A stretch of 64,000 nucleotides of DNA, from the sequence record PP418985.1; one strand, given 5' to 3'. This DNA is from Escherichia phage UPWr_E1. The position numbers and the translations under genes are program-made. Numbering within the stretch: the first letter of the stretch is position 1; each line of letters begins with the position of its first letter. Below the pieces are notes generated by a model, which saw only the letters and a list, made by a program, of their open reading frames with translations, was not told the DNA's origin and did not search any database. Shown here in pieces: positions 9,320 through 18,376 of the stretch.

Positions 9320-9907
9320 ATGTTTGACCAGTTACAAGATCTATTTGGAGTAAAACCACTTCGTAGATGTGCTTTAATCGGCTCTAGAAAAGCGCCTAGC
9401 GACATTTTGATAATGGCTAGTACCATTGGGAGGGTATTGTCAGAAAATCGCGTTGTAGCGCATTCTGGAGGGGCTTACGGTATGGACAATGCTTTCATGA
9501 AGTATTACGATCCAGATTATAGAAAAATTTTCATTCCAAATTGGAAGTTTTATGACCACAAGCATAACGGTCATGATGTGATTGCATGGCAAACCTTAGA
9601 ACAAAAGAATCTGGCGATGGATGAATTAGAACACGTTTATGATAATCCTCGTTCTATACCGTTATACATGCAAAATTTATTTTCTAGAAATGTTGCTCAA
9701 GTCTTAGGTGAGACACTTGATGATCCTGTAGATTGTGTGTTATTCTGGGCGAAAGAAGTTAATGGAATCGTTTCGGGAGGAACTCGAATTGCTGTTTATG
9801 TTGCCCGTAGACATGGGATACCATGTTTTAACTTATATCATCAAGAAAATAGATCCGCCGTCGAAAAAATCTTGGGCGGATCTGATTTGTCTTGGTTAGA
9901 TATTTAG
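9320..9907 (+). CDS. SLOG-superfamily (DprA/LOG-like) Rossmann-fold protein
   Basis: GGAGGA RBS then ATG 9320; GSRKAP ... HSGGAYGMDNAF resembles the DprA GSR/SGxAxGID motifs; ORF-track start 9191 has no RBS. Confidence 0.55.
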   Translation: MFDQLQDLFGVKPLRRCALIGSRKAPSDILIMASTIGRVLSENRVVAHSGGAYGMDNAFMKYYDPDYRKIFIPNWKFYDHKHNGHDVIAWQTLEQKNLAMDELEHVYDNPRSIPLYMQNLFSRNVAQVLGETLDDPVDCVLFWAKEVNGIVSGGTRIAVYVARRHGIPCFNLYHQENRSAVEKILGGSDLSWLDI

Positions 9908-11149
9908 TTAAGCGTTGTCAATCTCAAGTGGTGGCAGTTCGATTCCTAAAATGTAGGACATTTCAGAGCGTCCAGCCATTTTACCCCAATCGTCACCCTT
10001 GATGATCTGGTGTTCTTCCTGATCAACTTTTGATGTATATGGGTTGACAGAGAGTGAATAACGATTCATAATAGCTACATGATGCTGGAAGCTATTAGGA
10101 TCAATTACGCTCTTATACGCGCCAGCGCCATCGGCTTCTGTGTATGGGGAGTAGAACAGCGAACCTACGCTCTCCATATCACCGATCATGTGCTTACAGC
10201 CAACTAGCATATAATCGAACGGCGTTACCGTGTCTGCGTACACTTCCAGACCGCAACGTAGACGTCCTTCGCTTAGAGCGTTGTCGGTTTCTTCCATCCA
10301 TCCGGTAGACTGCAACAGACCAACTACGCGAGAAGATGCTAAAACGTATGTGCCAGCAAAGGAGGAAGTACGCAACATTTGATTGCTCATTTCGCAAGCA
10401 TAGCGGTAAAGTTCACGAGCTTGTTTTGGTGCATCCTGAACGCCAACGAGAGAAAGTACACCATCAGTGGTGATTCCTTTAATTTTATAGCGAGTTGATA
10501 CAGTGATCAACTTCTGCATAATATCTTTGTTGATCTCTTCGGAAGCGACAGTAGCCAGAAGGTCGATCACAGAATTTTCAGAATTGATTTGGCTTGCCTC
10601 AAGATCCTGCATTAATTCAGTGGTGAACGAGGTTTTCAGTTTACGAGAACCTACATTAACTTGCCACTTGTCAAACTGCATAGAGGTAGACGCAATTTCG
10701 GTGTTTTTATCTTCAAAGTATTCTACCGATGCACAATCGCTATAGAAACGAATTTTGTTTGTCATTACGCCTTTAAAGATCGCAGCTTCTGGAGTTGCGG
10801 AATCTTCGCTAACTCGACCAGCAACAACAGCTTGATAAACTACGTCGCCAGATTTAAACAGATCACCGATCTTGTATTCTTTTTCCTGTGAAAATTCTTC
10901 GATCTCTGTACGATCACCAGCCGCGCCACCGTAGGTTGCAGCAGTTCGGAAAGTCATCTGACCATCACGATTAAGATAACGTAGGCCGTACAATGCAGAT
11001 ACTGGTTGATCCGTTGGCTGGATTGCTACCAGATCAGAGAAAATCAGGTTGTTTACCGCGCGAGTTAATGATAATAGTTGCGGTCGCGCTGTCTGGTTAG
11101 CTACTGAGGAAGTAGATTCCCGCAACAGTTCAGTAAAAATATGAGTCAT
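9908..11149 (-). CDS. 24: head vertex protein gp24
   Basis: gp23-paralog fold signature; start MTHIF; late promoter TATAAATA 38 nt upstream; ORF-track start 11227 is an extension across the promoter. Confidence 0.9.
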   Translation of the reverse strand: MTHIFTELLRESTSSVANQTARPQLLSLTRAVNNLIFSDLVAIQPTDQPVSALYGLRYLNRDGQMTFRTAATYGGAAGDRTEIEEFSQEKEYKIGDLFKSGDVVYQAVVAGRVSEDSATPEAAIFKGVMTNKIRFYSDCASVEYFEDKNTEIASTSMQFDKWQVNVGSRKLKTSFTTELMQDLEASQINSENSVIDLLATVASEEINKDIMQKLITVSTRYKIKGITTDGVLSLVGVQDAPKQARELYRYACEMSNQMLRTSSFAGTYVLASSRVVGLLQSTGWMEETDNALSEGRLRCGLEVYADTVTPFDYMLVGCKHMIGDMESVGSLFYSPYTEADGAGAYKSVIDPNSFQHHVAIMNRYSLSVNPYTSKVDQEEHQIIKGDDWGKMAGRSEMSYILGIELPPLEIDNA

Positions 11150-11186
11150 GTTTATGAATCCTGTATTTGCCTTAATGGATATATCA

Positions 11187-11194
11187 TATTTATA
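11187..11194 (-). promoter_or_regulatory. T4-type late promoter TATAAATA (gene 24)
   Basis: tatttata on plus strand. Confidence 0.6.
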
Positions 11195-11205
11195 CAAAAA
11201 GAAAA

Positions 11206-11225
11206 GGGAATCCCGAAGGATTCCC
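11206..11225 (-). terminator. rho-independent terminator after the fiber-like module
   Basis: GGGAATCC-TTCG-GGATTCCC followed by TTTTCTTTTT on minus strand. Confidence 0.65.
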
Positions 11226-11233
11226 AAATAAAA

Positions 11234-11386
11234 TTACTTCTTCCTAGAAACATTATCAACGCTACGGTTAACTTTGTTTACAAGATTAATTGCATGATCA
11301 GAACGAATAATTGCATAAGCTAATGCTAACATCAATTCGTCGTATTCCTTACGAGTCATAACATAGCTGTTTTCTTTCTTACTCAT
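11234..11386 (-). CDS. small hypothetical protein (50 aa)
   Basis: AAGGAGG RBS 5 nt before ATG; last gene of the inserted module. Confidence 0.45.
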   Translation of the reverse strand: MSKKENSYVMTRKEYDELMLALAYAIIRSDHAINLVNKVNRSVDNVSRKK

Positions 11387-11396
11387 GCATTCCTCC

Positions 11397-12329
11397 TTAT
11401 GGAGAATTTGGGGTTAATTCAGGGAACAGCGTGCCAAAACCAAAATTACCGCTAGCGTCACGCTGGAATGTCATAACAAGGTCGACATAAACCGGATCTG
11501 TAAATCTATCAAATCTATCCGACCCAATATCAACCATGAACGCTAATTTAATCTCATTAGAATTTGAGATCGCAGCGTCAGCACATGCACCAAAAATTAC
11601 CTGAGTATCTTTTGCCGTATATGCATTGACCTGTATGTTGGTTGGTTTCATTACATCGTTAGACAAACCAGATAGTTCTACTCGTCCATTAAATGACGCC
11701 AGACTTTGACCACCGCCTAGATAATGAATATGACCACCTTGTGAAGATTGTGTCCAGTCCATTAGCATAACCTTAAATCTAGCCTCAAAACGCCCTTCCA
11801 CGTAATATCGACCAGTTTCAAAGTTTTGTCTAATTGGTGTCCATGTGATGTGTGGTTTTCCGCTTACAGGATCGACAAGAGTCACACCTACGGCTGGCTT
11901 AATACTGACACTATCAAATGAACGTGATAGCCAATTCCATGTTTGATTGTCTAGGTTTGGCAATTGTGGAATATTCAATCCATCTAATCGGCTGTGTGCT
12001 CGTGCTGCTTCCGATTCTGCGGTAGTCGCTTTAGTCAGTGCATCAGTTGCTTTGCTCATGGATTGCCCTGCCGTTCGATCGGCAACATCAGCAGTTGATT
12101 TTGCAATCTCTGCCGTTCGATGTGCTGAACTTGCTGTTTCTGTTATTACGTCATCGCACGCAATAACAAAATCAATTACAGGATCGATCAATTGAGTGTT
12201 GATTGAGTTGGAAATTCGTTCAACATCACTTTCCATTAGAGCATTAGATTCATTTCCTGTGAAATGAGTAATTTCACCTTGAACAAAATCATTTTGCAAC
12301 TTGCTGATCTTTGCTTTAATATCGGTCAT
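11397..12329 (-). CDS. fiber-like protein with Ala/Thr-rich helical N-terminal region and globular C-terminal domain
   Basis: GGGGTGA RBS; 310 aa; TAEIAKSTADVADRTAGQS...ATDALTKATTAESEAARAH resembles side-tail-fiber stalks; not in the T4 23-24 interval. Confidence 0.7.
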   Translation of the reverse strand: MTDIKAKISKLQNDFVQGEITHFTGNESNALMESDVERISNSINTQLIDPVIDFVIACDDVITETASSAHRTAEIAKSTADVADRTAGQSMSKATDALTKATTAESEAARAHSRLDGLNIPQLPNLDNQTWNWLSRSFDSVSIKPAVGVTLVDPVSGKPHITWTPIRQNFETGRYYVEGRFEARFKVMLMDWTQSSQGGHIHYLGGGQSLASFNGRVELSGLSNDVMKPTNIQVNAYTAKDTQVIFGACADAAISNSNEIKLAFMVDIGSDRFDRFTDPVYVDLVMTFQRDASGNFGFGTLFPELTPNSP

Positions 12330-12344
12330 GAATCACCCCGCTAA

Positions 12345-14063
12345 TTATTGTGCTTGCTCTGGAAGTGCTTGTATATTTTCTATAGTAGCACCCCATTTAA
12401 CGGCATTTAAACGAGCTTTGTGCATATCGTCTTCTCCGACTATTGCCGCAAAACCCTTTTTAGCGTGGAAATTCGCCCATGTGTTATATGCTAGTGCACC
12501 TACGCGTTTTGCTGTGTCGTGTTCAACTTCATCAACCATCAGCATTGTGCGGAAAGGTGCAAATGCTACATCTGGGTTATCGTCTTGTGTCCATGAACCA
12601 CCATTAAACGACACCTGCCACCTGAACATCTCACCAGACGGAATTTGATTAATTCTCAACTTTAGAGATCTTGTTTTCTGGTTTTTCTGAGTTACGTCTA
12701 GTGGAACCTGATATCTAGCCGCTTGTCGTTCTCTACCATCATTCATCCTATGCCATGCGGTAACAACAAGCATAACCGGAATTGTGTTTGATGTTTTAAT
12801 AAAACTAACATCAACTAAAAGTTCCATATCATAGCTACCAGATTTAGGCGCAACCCACCAATGGTCGGCATCAGCTTGTCGATCTGGCTCTTTAATCTGT
12901 GGTGTGCATCCATAGTTATCATGAATGACATACTTCCACGGAATGTAAAAAGCACCACCGCCAGTTCCTGGATTTGTAACTTCGAGTAGATTTTGTGCAG
13001 TGGTAAACACGCTTGACACGCGAGGGAAAGCATAAATGGTAGCACCACCAGTGTGATCGCTGATCTGTAACCATTCGGTCCATCGATCAGTTCTCTTTGT
13101 ATAGGAACGGTGATACATTACGCCATCAATGCTTGTTGCGATCTGCAATACATGATCTTTACATGCATGAACATCTACAGAACCATGTGTTTGTGTTCCA
13201 TTTGGACGGTTTGCCGACCCCTCAAAGTAACAGAAACGGCCTTGTTTAGTCAAGGTGTTTAGGTCTAGCGTTTCTGGCGAAATTTCCGGTAGACGTTTAC
13301 CCAGACTGGTTAACATCGCCTCCTGATCACCATTTAAACCACCGCCACCACTTCCTTCCCCGCTTTGAGAGTTCCACTCACGCCATGCACCATTGTGTCG
13401 GATGCGAGAGTAAACACCACCATCAATAGAACGGACCACTTGAAGAATGCTACCATCGACGACATATACATCTGCGGACCCCTTATTCGCCATCATTGGA
13501 GGTTTGCCATAGGTTGCATCACCTACCGGATAGCGTCCGGGTGATGTGGTTACATCCAGATTGTTAATTGGATTCGTCGTAGTCCATTTTACCTCAATTG
13601 CAGATAGACGCTGCGCAACGTTCGCTAATACTTCTGGTACTGGAAATACAAGAGATTCCTGTGTTCCGTCTGAGTACGTGACTTCTAGAGTCCAGTTGCG
13701 ATCGTCCTCGGACAAATTCGCTTCGATTCTAGCAATGCCACGACCATTTTCGCCCTTCTCACCAGGAATACCCTGTTCACCCTGAATAACCCAGGTCATA
13801 TCGACCCATTTTGATTTATCGTAGGGAGATTGTGCTGTTTTACCAGTCCATAATTGGAGTTTTTCGCCACAAACAATAATTGTTTTTAGTCTTTCCAATT
13901 CTGGAAAATGTTCGGTAAAATATTCATCCCTAGCTTCTTCATTTTCGAAACGGTGAGTATTTTTAATTCCGCTAGGTACGTTAGTTCCGATCTGAATACC
14001 ACCACCAGAACAACCACCACTCACGGAACCAGCATTAATGATAGCTTGTGGATTTAGCTTCAT
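12345..14063 (-). CDS. fiber-like protein with collagen-like Gly-X-Y run and two knob-like repeats
   Basis: GGGGGT RBS then ATG 14063; GEQGIPGEKGENGRG; two repeats of ...DG-x-x-Y-x-R...W-x-E-W (SIDGGVYSRIRHNGAWREW, SIDGVMYHRSYTKRTDRWTEW) typical of pyocin/tail-fiber knob domains. Confidence 0.75.
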   Translation of the reverse strand: MKLNPQAIINAGSVSGGCSGGGIQIGTNVPSGIKNTHRFENEEARDEYFTEHFPELERLKTIIVCGEKLQLWTGKTAQSPYDKSKWVDMTWVIQGEQGIPGEKGENGRGIARIEANLSEDDRNWTLEVTYSDGTQESLVFPVPEVLANVAQRLSAIEVKWTTTNPINNLDVTTSPGRYPVGDATYGKPPMMANKGSADVYVVDGSILQVVRSIDGGVYSRIRHNGAWREWNSQSGEGSGGGGLNGDQEAMLTSLGKRLPEISPETLDLNTLTKQGRFCYFEGSANRPNGTQTHGSVDVHACKDHVLQIATSIDGVMYHRSYTKRTDRWTEWLQISDHTGGATIYAFPRVSSVFTTAQNLLEVTNPGTGGGAFYIPWKYVIHDNYGCTPQIKEPDRQADADHWWVAPKSGSYDMELLVDVSFIKTSNTIPVMLVVTAWHRMNDGRERQAARYQVPLDVTQKNQKTRSLKLRINQIPSGEMFRWQVSFNGGSWTQDDNPDVAFAPFRTMLMVDEVEHDTAKRVGALAYNTWANFHAKKGFAAIVGEDDMHKARLNAVKWGATIENIQALPEQAQ

Positions 14064-14070
14064 ATAATAA

Positions 14071-14379
14071 TTACCCCCGTTTAGCAAGATACACGGTTAC
14101 AGTAGAATCATTGGAAACAGATTTTACTTTTGCCCTAATAAATGACCATAATGTTTCAAACGCTCCACCATCAGTTGCATATTCATTACCATCAGCTTTC
14201 AATTCTGAAATAGTGAACCAACCTTTGCCATCTAAGGAACCTTCTAACGAGGCTTCCGCAATGACTTTTTGCCCTTCCCGTGCACCCTCTACGGTCATCT
14301 GTACTGTCATGTGCGTACTATGAACGCAGTTTACCGACGCGGAAACGGCTGGAGTTTTGGTCTTTATAAGTGTGTGCAT
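14071..14379 (-). CDS. hypothetical protein (102 aa), first gene of the fiber-like module
   Basis: AAGGGGAG RBS; preceded by late promoter TATAAATA and the gp23 terminator. Confidence 0.6.
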   Translation of the reverse strand: MHTLIKTKTPAVSASVNCVHSTHMTVQMTVEGAREGQKVIAEASLEGSLDGKGWFTISELKADGNEYATDGGAFETLWSFIRAKVKSVSNDSTVTVYLAKRG

Positions 14380-14417
14380 CTAATTTTCGCTCCCCTTAGA
14401 ATATAGGCTTGCAACCT

Positions 14418-14425
14418 TATTTATA
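14418..14425 (-). promoter_or_regulatory. T4-type late promoter TATAAATA (fiber-like module)
   Basis: tatttata on plus strand, 39 nt upstream of the ATG at 14379. Confidence 0.6.
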
Positions 14426-14440
14426 ACGGGATATAATACG

Positions 14441-14470
14441 CAAAAAGGGAAGACCCTTTCGAGTCTTCCC
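14441..14470 (-). terminator. rho-independent terminator downstream of gene 23
   Basis: GGGAAGAC-tcgaaag-GTCTTCCC followed by TTTTTG on minus strand. Confidence 0.7.
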
Positions 14471-14540
14471 TTTGGAATTAACACTTTACACTGTCATAAG
14501 GTTTATGATAAGTCGGGCATTGCACCCGACCGGAGTTTAA

Positions 14541-16139
14541 TTAGCAACCTTTAACCCATACACGGCGGAAGTATGCGTTTTTACCTACGCTGTCTTTGCT
14601 CAACATACCGGAGGTGATGCGAGCGGACGGTGCCTGGGTTTTGCTGTCTGCAAACGGGTTAATACCGATGCCGTAGCGAGTCTTGAAGCCCAGAACCGGG
14701 TGGAAAGACTGCGGATCGGTTGCACGCAGCGGAGTCAGAGCAACATACGGCGCATAGTAGATACCAGCATCCATTTCGTTGTCGCCTTTGTAGCCTACGG
14801 TGAAGTAGTCCTGACGAGCATACTGGTCGATGAATACTTTGTACTTACCAGCCAGAACACCAGCGAAAACAGCTTTAGTGGTGTCGGTATTCAGACCTTT
14901 TGCAGCACCCTGCATAGCAACACTGATACCCTGATCAGCAGAAGCCAGAATGTTTACAACGTTACGGGAAGCGATAACAAAGTTACCAGCACCGCGACCA
15001 GTCTGACGAGCGATTTCAGCAGCTTCTTTGTCGATCTGGTAGATCAGAGATTTGAAGGATTCACCAGCCCAACGAGCACCGCGAGTATCGATCGGGTCTT
15101 GCAGGTCAAATACACCAGCTTTAGAACCAACGGTCTGAGTCATACCAGTCTTACCAACCTGTGCGGTAAAGTTGATAACGTCAACGATTTCACGGTTGAT
15201 TTCCAGCAGAACTTCGTTAGCCAGGATAGCATTCAGTTCAGCGTCAGCATCCATACCGTGTACAGCACGCAGATCCTGCGCAACTTCGATAGAATAACGA
15301 GCTTTCAGTTGGCGAGATTTCGCTTCAACAACCTGTTTGTCAATACGCATCGACATTTCAGCCCACGGGTTATTGCTGGAACCGTTAAAGCCTTCCTGAA
15401 TTTCGGCAATGGAAGTAGCCATACCGAAAGCGATTTCAGCCAGTTTACCTTCTTCCATCAGCTTCATGACCACTTCATCTTCGGATTCATCACCTGATTT
15501 CTGCGGAGTTACTGCGCTAGAAGTTACGTTTTGCAGATATGCAATACCAGTGTCTGCAAACGTGTGATGTACAATGTCTCCCGGTTGGATCTGGGTAGAT
15601 AATGCCAGTTTAGCGAATGCAGTACCAGTAGGAGAACCAGTCGTTGCATTTTTTGCTGCCAGAGAGCTATGGAACACATCTGGCGCATACATCGGGTGGA
15701 ATGCTTCACGAACATTTTTAGGATTACCACCAGCCAGCGGGTCTGGACCGTATACAGAACGGATTGCAAAGATCTGGCTAGTCGGGGTGCTCATAGGCTG
15801 AACGCCACAAATATCAAATGCAATCAGGTTAGGAATAGCACGGCGAACCATACCGATAACAGCCGGACCTACGTTAGTGATTGCACCGCTAGTCTGACCT
15901 GCCGCAATCTGGGATGCGTCGTAACCGTGGTCGCCAGCAACTTCGGCTTCGGCGATAAAACCACCGAATGCTTCAACAACTTTTTCATCCTTATAGATCG
16001 GATCTACAGCAAAATCCGCTTCCTGAGATTCCAGAATTTTAGCAACCAGTTTCTGCTTAGACGCAGTTGCGATTTCCGGCAGTTTTTCGTTCTCCAGCAG
16101 CGGGGACCATTTTTCCATCAGTTCTTTGGTAGTTTTCAT
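14541..16139 (-). CDS. 23: major capsid protein gp23
   Basis: 532 aa; long identical blocks with recalled T4 gp23 (RRAIPNLIAFDICGVQPM, IDKQVVEAKSRQLKA, GARWAGESFK, YFTVGYKG...DAGIYYAPYVALTPLR). Confidence 0.95.
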   Translation of the reverse strand: MKTTKELMEKWSPLLENEKLPEIATASKQKLVAKILESQEADFAVDPIYKDEKVVEAFGGFIAEAEVAGDHGYDASQIAAGQTSGAITNVGPAVIGMVRRAIPNLIAFDICGVQPMSTPTSQIFAIRSVYGPDPLAGGNPKNVREAFHPMYAPDVFHSSLAAKNATTGSPTGTAFAKLALSTQIQPGDIVHHTFADTGIAYLQNVTSSAVTPQKSGDESEDEVVMKLMEEGKLAEIAFGMATSIAEIQEGFNGSSNNPWAEMSMRIDKQVVEAKSRQLKARYSIEVAQDLRAVHGMDADAELNAILANEVLLEINREIVDVINFTAQVGKTGMTQTVGSKAGVFDLQDPIDTRGARWAGESFKSLIYQIDKEAAEIARQTGRGAGNFVIASRNVVNILASADQGISVAMQGAAKGLNTDTTKAVFAGVLAGKYKVFIDQYARQDYFTVGYKGDNEMDAGIYYAPYVALTPLRATDPQSFHPVLGFKTRYGIGINPFADSKTQAPSARITSGMLSKDSVGKNAYFRRVWVKGC

Positions 16140-16172
16140 GTTCTTTAAACCTTGTTTGTTGTTAACCTAAAG

Positions 16173-16180
16173 TATTTATA
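16173..16180 (-). promoter_or_regulatory. T4-type late promoter TATAAATA (gene 23)
   Basis: tatttata on plus strand 34 nt upstream of the gene 23 ATG. Confidence 0.65.
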
Positions 16181-16198
16181 AAGTAGATTTGAATTACA

Positions 16199-16993
16199 TT
16201 AGATGAAATTCAGGTAGCGGGATACGCCGGAATCTACAGTTGCCTTTTTCTCTGATTCTTCGACAGCTTCTGCAATAACATTCAGCTTGTCGGCATCAGT
16301 ATTTAGTGATTCTTCAATCTTCGCTGGTTTGTCTTCTTTCTTAGCAACCATTTCGACAATTGCAGTTAATTTCTTATCGAAAGTTTCGCTATATTCCAGA
16401 CCTTCAATCAGCGCGGTTACTTTTTCTTTCTGAGTATCGGAAAGATCACGAGTGCTTTCATTGATCGCTTGTTCGCGCTTCATACCACGAATTTCGCTTT
16501 CAAGTTGCAGTTTGGCATCAAAGAGTTCAGAGGTTTTTTCTTTTTCTTCTTTGAGTGCTTCGTCAAGTTCAGCAACAACGTCTACAGATTCTTCCGGTAC
16601 TACAACATTGTGAGTAACGAAAACATCTTTCAGAGAACCAATCAGGGATTCGCACAGATCCGCTTTAATATTACGGGTAACGGCTTCTTTATTTTCTGCC
16701 AGCCATTTAGCGCCTAAGTGATTCAGGAATTTATCCGCATCTTCGTACAGTTTGGTTTCAATCTCGGTGCGTGCTTCTTCGACCTTTGATTCTACCAGTT
16801 CATCGGCTTTAGCGGCGATTTTTTCAATGTGGCTTTCTGCCAGAGCAACAGCATTAGCTTTCACCGCTTGAGCGTAGATAGTACCAAAATTTTCTTTTAC
16901 TTCCGGCGACAGTTCGACGGATTCAAACAGGTCATCGAGAGCAACGTCTACGGTGATCTGTTTTGCTTCTTCGAGCAGCATTTCTTTAAGCAT
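16199..16993 (-). CDS. 22: prohead core scaffold protein gp22
   Basis: 264 aa, acidic coiled-coil; N-terminal MLKE..L..EA; VVPEESVDVVAE block as in recalled T4 gp22. Confidence 0.9.
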   Translation of the reverse strand: MLKEMLLEEAKQITVDVALDDLFESVELSPEVKENFGTIYAQAVKANAVALAESHIEKIAAKADELVESKVEEARTEIETKLYEDADKFLNHLGAKWLAENKEAVTRNIKADLCESLIGSLKDVFVTHNVVVPEESVDVVAELDEALKEEKEKTSELFDAKLQLESEIRGMKREQAINESTRDLSDTQKEKVTALIEGLEYSETFDKKLTAIVEMVAKKEDKPAKIEESLNTDADKLNVIAEAVEESEKKATVDSGVSRYLNFI

Positions 16994-17024
16994 GGTTATA
17001 ACCTTCTTGTTGATAACGACGTTA

Positions 17025-17720
17025 TTATTTATAGCGTTTAGATAACGCTTCTGCGAGCGCCATAAACGCGCTATTATTCGATTCTACGATGTTTTGTTGT
17101 GAGGCTGTAGGGTTAGTCACTTTTTCGGTTTTATCGCTTTCTGGTGCGTCTGACGCGCTAGAATCGCTATCCGTTGACTCAACCACCGGAGTTACCCACG
17201 CATCTGGTGCGCTCGGACCCCATACAACATCAACACCAACCGTCAACACAAAACCTTCCTGTACAATATTGTATCCGCGACCTGAGTCTTTTAAACGACC
17301 CAACCCACGGGATGAAACGCCAGGAATCCAGCCAGCGCGAATCAGTGCAGCAAGTTTATCACCTGCGCCTTTATCCCCTTCAATAACACGGGCTTTACCC
17401 ATCACGTTATTACCTTCCCACCACAATTTTTCAATTATGATGCAAGCGTTAGATGGATCTGGCATTGCTCTTGCTGGGTGATTAAGTTCGCCTAGAGCTT
17501 GATGTGTCTCAACTTGTTCATGTATGTATTTAGTAACCGCATTTTCTAGAACGCTGCGAGGATACCAGCGTTTATTACGGTTTACTGTTTCGGCTTGCAG
17601 GAAAATCCCTTGAATATAGAGATTTCCTGTAGCCTTATCATCAAATGATTCAAGCAATGACGAACTACCGCGAGCACAAGGAACGCCCCATTGTTCGATC
17701 AGTAATTCGTTCTTTTCCAT
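17025..17720 (-). CDS. 21: prohead protease gp21
   Basis: 231 aa; position and size match T4 gp21. Confidence 0.85.
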   Translation of the reverse strand: MEKNELLIEQWGVPCARGSSSLLESFDDKATGNLYIQGIFLQAETVNRNKRWYPRSVLENAVTKYIHEQVETHQALGELNHPARAMPDPSNACIIIEKLWWEGNNVMGKARVIEGDKGAGDKLAALIRAGWIPGVSSRGLGRLKDSGRGYNIVQEGFVLTVGVDVVWGPSAPDAWVTPVVESTDSDSSASDAPESDKTEKVTNPTASQQNIVESNNSAFMALAEALSKRYK

Positions 17721-17731
17721 GTTGTTTCCTG

Positions 17732-18139
17732 TTATAATCCTAACGCCTTACGTTTACGCATTGCTTTTTTGCGCTTACGTTCCGCATGACGTTCGATAGA
17801 TGGATTTGCACGTTTGGTTTTTGCAGCACGACGGGCAATTTGACGGCGTTTAGCTTTGCTTAGGCCAGTAGTCATGTAAGCATTACGCTCACGGGTTTTG
17901 CGATCTTTCTTACGTGCAACTTCCCCGCGTGCGTTTACATGTTTAACCATTGCTTCGTTTACAGTAATTCCGTCGATAATAGACAGCATTGCTACCGCCA
18001 ATTCCGGCTCATCCTCGGAGATACCTTCAACGATTTTCAATAGTTCTTCTGACTCAAACATAGCCAACATGTCCAATTTTTCCTGTGCTTCCGGCAGAAA
18101 AGTTTCCAAGTCAGCTTTAGGAGTAAAATCTTTAATCAT
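17732..18139 (-). CDS. 68: prohead core protein gp68
   Basis: 135 aa, basic C-terminus; synteny between 67 and 21. Confidence 0.7.
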   Translation of the reverse strand: MIKDFTPKADLETFLPEAQEKLDMLAMFESEELLKIVEGISEDEPELAVAMLSIIDGITVNEAMVKHVNARGEVARKKDRKTRERNAYMTTGLSKAKRRQIARRAAKTKRANPSIERHAERKRKKAMRKRKALGL

Positions 18140-18151
18140 GTTGGCTTCCTA

Positions 18152-18376
18152 TTATTCGTCGTCTTCTTTGTCTTTTTTATCGTCTTTGCGATCTTCGTCT
18201 TCGTCGTCCTCATCATCGCGGTCTTTTTCTTCTTCACCTTCGATCATGACACTGGATGCGATTTCGACACGCTGGGATTCGATGATCTGGGCTTTTTTAG
18301 CCTCCATGATCTTATCAAATTCTTTTTCGATCAGCGTTAGATCGCGAGTTTTAATTGCTTCGATAAATTGTTTCAT
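18152..18376 (-). CDS. 67: prohead core protein gp67
   Basis: 74 aa with poly-acidic C-terminal tail; synteny after gene 20. Confidence 0.7.
   Translation of the reverse strand: MKQFIEAIKTRDLTLIEKEFDKIMEAKKAQIIESQRVEIASSVMIEGEEEKDRDDEDDEDEDRKDDKKDKEDDE

Noticed and set aside
14700-16148. Plus-strand ORFs 14700..15497, 15574..15801 and 15669..16148
   Set aside because: They lie entirely antisense within the strongly supported major capsid gene 23, have low-complexity Ser/Thr-rich translations and no RBS; shadow ORFs.
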